Notes under the pieces: model-generated
Databases searched by the model: none
The model's input: only the letters and a program-made list of their open reading frames with translations
Told to the model about the DNA's origin: nothing
Program-made: the position numbers and the translations under genes
NCBI GenBank assembly: GCA_964654645.1
Contig: CAZZJO010000043.1
Span: 24,650 to 88,649, forward strand
Origin: an uncultured Verrucomicrobiota bacterium
Lineage (GTDB): Bacteria > Verrucomicrobiota > Verrucomicrobiia > Limisphaerales > CAZZJO01
Direction: 5' to 3'
DNA length: 64,000 nt
Shown here: positions 52,733 to 60,243 of the stretch, piece by piece
Numbering within the stretch: the stretch's first letter is position 1
Layout of the letters: the number at the start of each line of letters is the position of its first letter

Positions 52733-54001
52733 CTATCTATCGCATTCGCCCATGACAAAATCCAATGAGCCTAGGATGGCAGGTATATCGGCTAGCAGGT
52801 GGCCGGGGAGAATTACAGGTAAAATACTTAGGGTGAAAAATGAGGGAGGTCGGATCCTTAACCGGTAAGGCACACCACCACCGCGGCTTTGAATGTAGAA
52901 GCCTAATTGGCCCTTTGGGTTTTCGTGGGCAAAATAGACTTCGCTGGGTGGACAGTCAGGACCGCGTGTAACATTCATAAAATGATGGATTAACTCTTCC
53001 ATTTGCGTCATTACGTTCGATTTTGGTGGCAGGGCTACCTTGAAGTTACTGATCATAATTGGCTCATGGCTGGTATTGTCTGGTCCGCCGGGAATTTTTT
53101 GGATGCATTGGCGGATGATCGAGGCGCTCTGACGGATTTCTTCTAACCTGACCAGGTACCGGTCGTAACAATCTCCTATTGTACCTATGGGTATGTCAAA
53201 CTGGAGTTCATCGTAACATAGGTACGGTTGATCTTTCCGAAGGTCTAATGGCACGCCGCTGGCTCGCAAGTTGGGTCCAGTCAATGCATAGTCGATCGCA
53301 GTTTGTGGTGGGATCGTACCTACATTTTTAGTTCGTTTTATCCAAATGATATTCCGTGTAAGTAACCGGTCGATCTCATCTACGGTTCTAAGGAGTTCAT
53401 CGAGAAATTTGTTGAGTGTGGTGCACCACCCAGGTGGGAGATCACGAGCTACACCGCCGATTCGAGTGTAGCTGGTGGTGAATCTCGCACCTGTGAGCGC
53501 TTCGCAGAGGTTGTAGATTTTTTCGCGTTCTGTGAATTGGTATAGGAAGACAGTGACAGCGCCGCAGTCCATTGCAAATGCGCCTAGCCCAAGCAGGTGT
53601 GAAGAGATTCTAGCTAATTCACTACAGATTGTTCGTATGTAAACTGCGCGTGGCGGGATTTGATCTTCTATACCCAGCAATTTTTCAACTGCCAACACGT
53701 AAGCTACATTGTTTGCCAAGGGTGCTAAATAGTCCAATCTGTCGGTGTATGGGATGAATTGGGTATAGGTGAGATGCTCAGCAATTTTTTCAAAACCGCG
53801 GTGCAGGTATCCGATATGAGGCCGGACTGACACGATCCGTTCGCCGTCCAATTCTAATTCGATTCGAAGCACACCGTGTGTGGATGGGTGGGAGGGGCCC
53901 ATGTTCAAGTGTAATAGGTCGTTTTCTGACCAGGTGTGCGCAGGGGCCCCCCCTGGATGGTAGATCAACTGAAAAGTTTGATTTTCGTTCTGGTTAAGCA
54001 T
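52733..54001 (-). CDS. nuoD: NADH:quinone oxidoreductase subunit D
   Basis: NMGPSHPSTHGVLR, GYLHRG.EK, DRLDYLAP, GDCYDRY and GSLDFVMGECDR motifs. Confidence 0.97.
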   Translation of the reverse strand: MLNQNENQTFQLIYHPGGAPAHTWSENDLLHLNMGPSHPSTHGVLRIELELDGERIVSVRPHIGYLHRGFEKIAEHLTYTQFIPYTDRLDYLAPLANNVAYVLAVEKLLGIEDQIPPRAVYIRTICSELARISSHLLGLGAFAMDCGAVTVFLYQFTEREKIYNLCEALTGARFTTSYTRIGGVARDLPPGWCTTLNKFLDELLRTVDEIDRLLTRNIIWIKRTKNVGTIPPQTAIDYALTGPNLRASGVPLDLRKDQPYLCYDELQFDIPIGTIGDCYDRYLVRLEEIRQSASIIRQCIQKIPGGPDNTSHEPIMISNFKVALPPKSNVMTQMEELIHHFMNVTRGPDCPPSEVYFAHENPKGQLGFYIQSRGGGVPYRLRIRPPSFFTLSILPVILPGHLLADIPAILGSLDFVMGECDR

Positions 54002-54002
54002 T

Positions 54003-54572
54003 TTACTGTTGGGGATGGGCCCGTGGTTCGCTGGGATGATGGCCTGGGAGTATGTGGAATGGCCCGCCTTCCAGAGGTGCGGGCTCAGTGAAAAGACCGT
54101 TAGATCCTTGCCAGGATCTTCCAGCTAACGGGAAATCTTTTCTCATTGGATGCCATGGGTATTCATCCCACATTAGAATCCGCCGCAGATCAGGATGCCC
54201 TTGGAATCGTATACCGAACATATCGTAAACTTCACGTTCTAACCAATTACTCGCAGGCCATATATGGGAAACTGTGGGGAATGTAGGCGGATCTTCGTTT
54301 GTACTGATACGCAACCGAAGCATGCAATTTTCTTTTATGTTCCATAAATGATACACCAACATCCATCTTGGCGAAGTTTCCAGGTTATCCACCGCAGTCA
54401 GGTCTAGCAGCATCTCAAACCCCAACTGGTGTTTTAGAAAATGGCAGATCTTTAGCAGGTCTGACCCAGAATTGATTACCAAAGTAGTCTGACCACGGAA
54501 CTCGGTGTGTTCTACAATAAGCTTAGGGAAGGCCGATTTAAGTAAGTTTACCTTTTCTGCGAGTGTGGACAT
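54003..54572 (-). CDS. nuoC: NADH:quinone oxidoreductase subunit C
   Basis: DLTAVD, WLEREVYDMFGI.F.GHPDLRRILM and HPMRKDFPL. ATG 54572 preferred (ORF track 54707 overlaps nuoB). Confidence 0.95.
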   Translation of the reverse strand: MSTLAEKVNLLKSAFPKLIVEHTEFRGQTTLVINSGSDLLKICHFLKHQLGFEMLLDLTAVDNLETSPRWMLVYHLWNIKENCMLRLRISTNEDPPTFPTVSHIWPASNWLEREVYDMFGIRFQGHPDLRRILMWDEYPWHPMRKDFPLAGRSWQGSNGLFTEPAPLEGGPFHILPGHHPSEPRAHPQQ

Positions 54573-54591
54573 AGACTGTGTGTGTAAAGTT

Positions 54592-55095
54592 TTAGCTTTC
54601 AATTTGGCGCCGGAAGAGAGGTTGTGTTTGGATTTTTTGCTGGAGTTGTATAAGTGCCTGAAGGATTGCTTCTGGTCTAGGGGGGCATCCAGCAATGTAC
54701 AAGTCAACCGGTATAATGCGGTCTACGCCTTGTAATACTGAGTACGACCTGAACATTCCTCCTGTGCATGCACAGGCACCCATGGCAATGACCCATTTAG
54801 GTTCCGTCATTTGTTCGTACAAGGTTTTAATTATGGGCGCCATTTTGTAAGTAACAGTACCTGCAACAATCATCACATCTGCTTGGCGGGGGCTAAACCG
54901 CATTATTTCTGATCCAAATCTTGCGAGGTCAAAACGTGCGCCACCGCTTGCCATAAGTTCGATGGCACAGCATGAAGTCCCAGCCGGTAACGGCCAAATA
55001 GAGTATTTCCTGAACCAGTTTATCAATGCTTCCAGCCTGGTCAGCAGCACCGTACCATCGTAAATACCAGTTCCGGCTTTGCAACTTCTCTGCAT
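54592..55095 (-). CDS. nuoB: NADH:quinone oxidoreductase subunit B
   Basis: SCCAIE, RFG, SPRQAD, MGACA and GCPPRPE motifs. ATG 55095 preferred (ORF track 55140). Confidence 0.95.
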   Translation of the reverse strand: MQRSCKAGTGIYDGTVLLTRLEALINWFRKYSIWPLPAGTSCCAIELMASGGARFDLARFGSEIMRFSPRQADVMIVAGTVTYKMAPIIKTLYEQMTEPKWVIAMGACACTGGMFRSYSVLQGVDRIIPVDLYIAGCPPRPEAILQALIQLQQKIQTQPLFRRQIES

Positions 55096-55352
55096 CTTAT
55101 TTACGCACAGCGAATATTCGGTTCGGAAAAGTAACCGCATTTTGCTACCGAGGTAAATCAGTTGGCAAGCCAGATCCTGAATAATATTAAGCTGGGTCAG
55201 TTCGAGCCTGATTTTGGCGGATTGGCAAGGGAAAGCGTTTATTTGTATGTCCGAAACCGTTCCCAGACCTTATAGGTTTGCTTTTTAACCCGATGGGTAA
55301 GGATTTGCGTAATGTGTGTTTTAACGGATTGTAAGCCTGGGCAAGACAATGG

Positions 55353-56312
55353 TTAAGTGTGAGTGTTTGATTTTTCGTAGTGAGTTTGGTGAGCCAGGCG
55401 TGTGGCAACAAATAGACTCAAACCGTATACGAGAAGGGTGCCAAGAACACCTGCTAGAATTGTTCCGAGTAACCCAAGGTTAACATCCCCGAGTTTTATA
55501 TTGTAGTCTTGCGCCGGGGCAGGGAATATAGGCTTATTAGACGCTTTTTCAATAAATCCGAAGTTGTGGGCTACGCGCTCAAGACCGTCAGGCCAACCAC
55601 ATGCCACCGGCGTGCCTATAATCACAAGGCCGATCACAGCAGCGAATCCGAACCCAATTGCATGTCGTGCTGGTGTTTGAGAAGGTTTTTCTTGTAGATT
55701 TAGCAGGTGGGGGAAAAGCCTATGCAGAGTAGCTACAAGTAAAGCTGAGATTACCCCCTCGCCAAGCCCGATTATTGCATGAATGCCCATCATGATTGGG
55801 AAAACCAGATTACTTTTAACGGTGCCTGAGATTTTTAGTTCTGCTGCGCAGGCAAAAGCGGCTGCTACAGTACTTGCCCAGCCCCCGAAGCAAACGCCTG
55901 CGTACATGCCGAGTGGATCACCTAAAATTTTTCTTAGCTTTTTGGCGAGGAAGTAACCTCCCGTGGGGGCAATGATTGCCATGTTAATGATATTTGCGCC
56001 AAGGGCGGTTACCCCACCATCCGCAAACATAAACGTTTGTGCTACCAAGACTGTGGTCATGATTAAGATTGCGGGTGGAAGCCCCAGCACGGTTGCCATT
56101 AATGTGGCACCGAGTAAGTGACCAGAGGTGCCTTTGGCTACAGGGAAGTTTATCATTTGCGCGGCAAAGACAAACGCGGCGCCCAAACCAATAAGCGGTA
56201 CAGTGCGTGGATGAACCCGAAGTTTGACAAAGGTAGGTATGACTACAGCAGCGGCTAAAATTCCCGTGCCCACAGCCGTTTTGATGTCTAAGAAACCATC
56301 GGGTATGTGCAT
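55353..56312 (-). CDS. cbiM: CbiM/NikM ECF-type Ni/Co S component fused to a PDGLE (NikN) domain
   Basis: N-terminal MHIPDGFL, AQMINFP..GTSGH, GG.TALGAN and H..IG.GE motifs, with C-terminal WPDGLERVA. Confidence 0.92.
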   Translation of the reverse strand: MHIPDGFLDIKTAVGTGILAAAVVIPTFVKLRVHPRTVPLIGLGAAFVFAAQMINFPVAKGTSGHLLGATLMATVLGLPPAILIMTTVLVAQTFMFADGGVTALGANIINMAIIAPTGGYFLAKKLRKILGDPLGMYAGVCFGGWASTVAAAFACAAELKISGTVKSNLVFPIMMGIHAIIGLGEGVISALLVATLHRLFPHLLNLQEKPSQTPARHAIGFGFAAVIGLVIIGTPVACGWPDGLERVAHNFGFIEKASNKPIFPAPAQDYNIKLGDVNLGLLGTILAGVLGTLLVYGLSLFVATRLAHQTHYEKSNTHT

Positions 56313-56322
56313 AACCAGTGGC

Positions 56323-57837
56323 TTAGTTCAAATGGTTTTGATTATTTGTGATCTCAAACTCGAGTTGTTCTTCAAAGATGTTTTTACGATCGAGGGAAAG
56401 CCAAGTTTCCAGGGAGATTTTTCTTAACGTGTGGAAATATTCGGGTGAGTTTGTGCCATATAAGGCTGCGGCTTTGTTGATTTTGTCTTGAATTTCTTTC
56501 AAAGGTCCCGGCTTGGGTTTCAGTATGAGTTTTTTCCCTTTTGCGTGGAATATAGCTATGGGTTGAGGCTTGTCAGCAGGGTGGATTGTGATCGTACCTC
56601 GGCCGAGACTTGCCCCAGTTGAGAATTGGATACCATCGTTTAGACAGCTGATAGGTGGGTTTGTGCTTGCAAGCGTTTCCACGTAAATAGAATCTCGGGG
56701 TACCCCAAGTATTTCTCGAGCTCGCAAACCCATCTTCACTCCAAGTATAGAGTACAATCCTAGGTGTCCATGCATCTCGGTGGCCATGACACCGAGTGCC
56801 CATTCCTCAACTCCATGCCGGAGAATGATCTGCTGTACATATGGGGCGACGTCGGGCTTATAGAACTCCGGCTCGGAGGGGAACCGAGATAGAAGGACCA
56901 TGTTGAGCATTCCTTCCTGTAGAATATCGAGATATGTGTTTGATGCTTTGGCGGTGTCGAGACCAGTTACCATCGTGACGTTTGAACATGTTGTGACGTG
57001 AGTTGGAAGCGCAATCGCAGGTTCATGCATAAGCAGCACTACCGCATCATCCCAGGCCCGGAAATGTCCAGATGCTACTAGGGATTTGACTCGTGGATGG
57101 GAATGGATTTGAAGAATGAGTGATGCGCCGGGCGAGTTGATAGATTTGAGAGATTCGAAGAAGTTGCTTGTTAGTACTAGGGTAAACTGCGGTAGCAAAC
57201 TCACGCACGTAATCGGAATGCCCGATGCAAATGCTTTTTTAGCTGCTTCAAGGTCTTGGGCTGTGTTCCATCCTTTTGGTTCCGTATCCGGAGGCGTGCC
57301 ATAATAGTAAACCCTCGAGATCATGTGTTTTAAATTGGGATATCGGCTTAGAAATTCGGCAAGATTTGACATTGGTCCTAAACAAACCCAGGTCACAGGT
57401 CTTGAAGAAGTGGCTATTGTATTGGAAAGAACCACGTGTGCAGGTTGAATATTAATTTGTGCTGGGAGCAGTAGTTCAGTCCAACCCAAGGTCCGCGACC
57501 ATGCCGACCATACGGGGTATGGTTGGTTAAGCTTATTGCCCTGGCCGACCGGAATGTTTGCTTTGTTCATAGCAGCAAGTATTTTGAGAACGTTCGTGAC
57601 ACCTATTTCGGAGGGGGTTGAACCGTCAGAAGTCACAATTGCCCTAACATCGCAATTTGGATCCTGCAATATGAGTATAATGGCGCGAGCATCATCCAAC
57701 GCCATGTCAGTATCAATAACAAGGGGCGCTGACATTTCATGAGCGATTACCTGAAATGAGAACACAACAGCAACTATTACCAGGTGTGAAAGCTTGTTTG
57801 CGGGTGCAATGGTAGTATTACTTAATGCTGGCACCAT
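56323..57837 (-). CDS. Exported nucleoside-hydrolase-fold protein fused to a C-terminal FmdE/FwdE domain
   Basis: Signal peptide, then IDTDMALDD, LGPMSNLA and WN..QDLEAA (IU-NH fold). C-terminal HGHLG..S..GVKMG and SCLNDGIQ.STGASLG.G.I (FmdE). ATG 57837 preferred (ORF track 57867). Confidence 0.8.
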   Translation of the reverse strand: MVPALSNTTIAPANKLSHLVIVAVVFSFQVIAHEMSAPLVIDTDMALDDARAIILILQDPNCDVRAIVTSDGSTPSEIGVTNVLKILAAMNKANIPVGQGNKLNQPYPVWSAWSRTLGWTELLLPAQINIQPAHVVLSNTIATSSRPVTWVCLGPMSNLAEFLSRYPNLKHMISRVYYYGTPPDTEPKGWNTAQDLEAAKKAFASGIPITCVSLLPQFTLVLTSNFFESLKSINSPGASLILQIHSHPRVKSLVASGHFRAWDDAVVLLMHEPAIALPTHVTTCSNVTMVTGLDTAKASNTYLDILQEGMLNMVLLSRFPSEPEFYKPDVAPYVQQIILRHGVEEWALGVMATEMHGHLGLYSILGVKMGLRAREILGVPRDSIYVETLASTNPPISCLNDGIQFSTGASLGRGTITIHPADKPQPIAIFHAKGKKLILKPKPGPLKEIQDKINKAAALYGTNSPEYFHTLRKISLETWLSLDRKNIFEEQLEFEITNNQNHLN

Positions 57838-57870
57838 AATAAATCGTGCTTTACAGAAGCTTTTCATATG

Positions 57871-57898
57871 GTATTAATGACATCAGAAAGCGTAATAC
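57871..57898. promoter_or_regulatory. Candidate NikR-type operator GTATTA-N16-TAATAC
   Basis: Perfect 6-bp inverted half-sites at 57871-57876 and 57893-57898 with a 16-nt spacer, upstream of a nikMN-type gene. The E. coli NikR operator is GTATGA-N16-TCATAC. Confidence 0.6.
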
Positions 57899-57899
57899 T

Positions 57900-59048
57900 A
57901 TGAAGCGACTCAGGTCAAGTTCAGTCAGATTGGCGTGTTTTGCGTTTGCAAGCCTTGTTGCTGTAAGTACGCCTGCTACAACAAATTGTCAAATAAGGTT
58001 TGTGCGGCACTGGGATTTGCAGGCTGTGACTGAAACCGGCACCAGTGCGTGGGCCGGATCATACCCGTTTACGATAATTGGTGTTCTTTTGACTGATCCA
58101 GATGAGATGTTGGATTCCACTCCGAACTTTCAGCCGGCAAGCTCGAATAACATGGGCGGTCAATGGCAGATGGTTATCCAAGCGTTGCCGCCAGATCGTG
58201 GCGGCACGTTTTTGTGGATGGGCCAAAATTACGCAATTCGGCGACCACCCTATGACGATGCCTTCAGCTATACTGATGAAGAATGGGTAGCTGAGATAAA
58301 TAGATTGAATCATGATCCATATACTGGGCATGCGTTCCGGAAAGGCGATTTAGTCGCTGTTACAGCAAACGCGAGCTTGTTTTACGGTGGCAAACGCAAC
58401 GTGAATGAGGCGCACCGGAAGGAACCAGAGTATGATTTTAACATTGTTTTACTTGCAACGAATTACGGGCTTCCCGAGCCGGAGGTAATTACATTGGCCT
58501 CTTTGGTTAGGCCTGACGACGGAAATCCGGCCACTAGTGAGGATATATTTGACCCCACGCGAATGAGTGGAGGGGAGTATTGGCAAGGGATGCGAGTCCG
58601 GATAAATGGATTAAAGTTAGTCACCACGAATGGTTGGGATCCAACTCTTTCTTGGAGTCAGCGGGTGTGTATTGTTACGGATGGTGAGAATAGATTTTTT
58701 AGAGTTCGGCATCCTAGGTATTCGTTGGGACCCGCTCCAACCAACTGGTTCGATGCCATAGGGATTCTGAATCAAGAGAGTGGATCAGGTATCCAGGGAA
58801 CAAATGGATACGAGTTGTTTATCCAAGAAGTATTGCCAGCGGAGGAACCGCGGCTCAAAGTAGAACAGGCTGTTGTGGTTAGTTGGCCCTCCTCATTGAG
58901 TAATTACAGATTGCTATCGGCAGAATCGCCCGTGTCCACCAATTGGGTTCCAGTGACTAACAAACCCGTTCTCATAGGAGATACCTTAAATGTGCTTTGC
59001 ACTCTAAATAATACACAACGGTTTTTCCGTCTTGAACGGATACGGTAG
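57900..59048 (+). CDS. Exported hypothetical protein with a probable tandem OB-fold-like region and a C-terminal RFFR domain
   Basis: Signal peptide after ATG 57900 (ORF track 57846). PEPEVITLASL..GEYWQGMRVRINGL and FDAIGIL resemble OB-fold modules of extracellular nucleases (by eye). Confidence 0.6.
   Translation: MKRLRSSSVRLACFAFASLVAVSTPATTNCQIRFVRHWDLQAVTETGTSAWAGSYPFTIIGVLLTDPDEMLDSTPNFQPASSNNMGGQWQMVIQALPPDRGGTFLWMGQNYAIRRPPYDDAFSYTDEEWVAEINRLNHDPYTGHAFRKGDLVAVTANASLFYGGKRNVNEAHRKEPEYDFNIVLLATNYGLPEPEVITLASLVRPDDGNPATSEDIFDPTRMSGGEYWQGMRVRINGLKLVTTNGWDPTLSWSQRVCIVTDGENRFFRVRHPRYSLGPAPTNWFDAIGILNQESGSGIQGTNGYELFIQEVLPAEEPRLKVEQAVVVSWPSSLSNYRLLSAESPVSTNWVPVTNKPVLIGDTLNVLCTLNNTQRFFRLERIR
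58842..59048 (+). other. Shared C-terminal domain, copy 3 (..VVSWPS..NYRLLSAES..TNWVPV..RFFRL)
   Basis: Aligned by eye with the other copies. Confidence 0.65.
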
Positions 59049-59135
59049 AGACGCCGCATCGATAGCATAGTGCACAGGGTCGTAAAAGAGCCGAGGAGTC
59101 AGAAAAATGGGGGGCGGGTAGGAAGCACTGTTTTG

Positions 59136-59786
59136 ATGATGCTCGCCCCCCGTATCTTTAGTTGGGGGTTTACTCTGGTGGAGTTATTGGTGGTAATTGG
59201 GGTTATTGGCTTGCTGGCAGGGTTGATGCTACCTGTAATCCGACACGTAGCTGAAAAAAGTAAGGTAGTGGCCGTCCATTCGGATTTGTATCAGATAGGC
59301 TTAGCCTTACACGTGTATGCGGATGACCATGGTGGACGTGTTCCTCCAGTGCGTGTCAATTGCAACAATGATTTGCGGGATCATTGGTGTCAACTACCGC
59401 CCGAGTTAGCTGCAGGCAACTATCTCCCTACAGGCATAGAAGCCGGTCGTGAAGTGGCATTTTTTGATCGCTTTAACCCCGGTTTTACATACAAATACGC
59501 AGCCCCTGGGCCAATGCTGCTTAACAACGAGCCAATAGGCAACTACGCTTTATGGATACCCACCAGTTTCCCTAACTTGGAAAGCACAAATGGACGGTAC
59601 TTTGAGACACCGTCAGATAGCCCAGTAAAATGGGTGATTTGGAGTGTCGGTCCACGCCCCAACAGTCCAAAGAGTACTAGCAAATATGCCCCTATGAGTT
59701 CGACCACGTGGTATAAACGTGTGGGTGACTCAGGCGTGATTATCCGGTATGCCACACGGGATGGAATCCAGTTTAAGAGTCCTTAG
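59136..59786 (+). CDS. Prepilin-type N-methylation domain protein (GspG-like pseudopilin)
   Basis: G-FTLVELLVVIGVIGLLAGLMLP cleavage/methylation motif and C-terminal IWSVGP. ATG 59136 preferred (ORF track 59070). Confidence 0.85.
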   Translation: MMLAPRIFSWGFTLVELLVVIGVIGLLAGLMLPVIRHVAEKSKVVAVHSDLYQIGLALHVYADDHGGRVPPVRVNCNNDLRDHWCQLPPELAAGNYLPTGIEAGREVAFFDRFNPGFTYKYAAPGPMLLNNEPIGNYALWIPTSFPNLESTNGRYFETPSDSPVKWVIWSVGPRPNSPKSTSKYAPMSSTTWYKRVGDSGVIIRYATRDGIQFKSP

Positions 59787-59941
59787 CCATTTGAACCACA
59801 GTAGGGGCCGGATTTTAAGTCGCCATTTACGTATAGCAGGAGCGGTAATGTCTGTGTAGTTTGGATGAGTGTAACAGTTCACTATTGTAGGCAGCAGCGT
59901 TTAGTTTGCACGTGGTAGCGGGATTATGTCAGGGGAAAATA

Positions 59942-59977
59942 TCAACCCCGCAACTATTCCAATAGTTGCGAGGTTGA
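59942..59977. terminator. Long hairpin between convergent genes, probable bidirectional intrinsic terminator
   Basis: TCAACCCCGCAACTATT-CC-AATAGTTGCGAGGTTGA has 17-nt arms with one mismatch (G-U on the minus strand). It is followed by ATTTTGT on + and TATTTT on -. Confidence 0.7.
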
Positions 59978-60039
59978 ATTTTGTATAACGCGTAGCTCGG
60001 GGTTACACTCCGGGAGAGTAAAGGCAACAAACCGACCGC

Positions 60040-60243
60040 CTATTGGTCTAGCGGAGTCCACATCAGCCGGAAAAACCGCGTCTGAGAATCAATCCGGTTG
60101 GTGTATGGGCTCGTTGCATTTGTTACTCTGGTGTAAGGACCTAGCACGTTTGTGGCGGTGTAAAGTGAGAATCTTGGCTCAGTCCATTGCAGCACTACGT
60201 TATCGCCCTGGCGCTGTAGATGTAGTGGCACGGGAGCGGGTGG
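60040..60243 (-). other. Shared C-terminal domain, copy 4 (..VVLQWT..FSLYTATNV.GPYTRVTNA..RFFRL)
   Basis: Aligned by eye with the other copies. Confidence 0.6.

Noticed and set aside
52733-55140. NuoB/C/D as a group 4 [NiFe]-hydrogenase, given the neighbouring Ni transporter
   Set aside because: NuoD has RLDYLAP and DFVMGECDR instead of the RxCxxC and DPCxxC nickel ligands, so it is complex I type.
55187-55411. Small minus-strand ORF as a nuoA or cbiQ remnant
   Set aside because: It has no TM segments or family motifs in any minus-strand frame of the gap, and it overlaps the end of cbiM.
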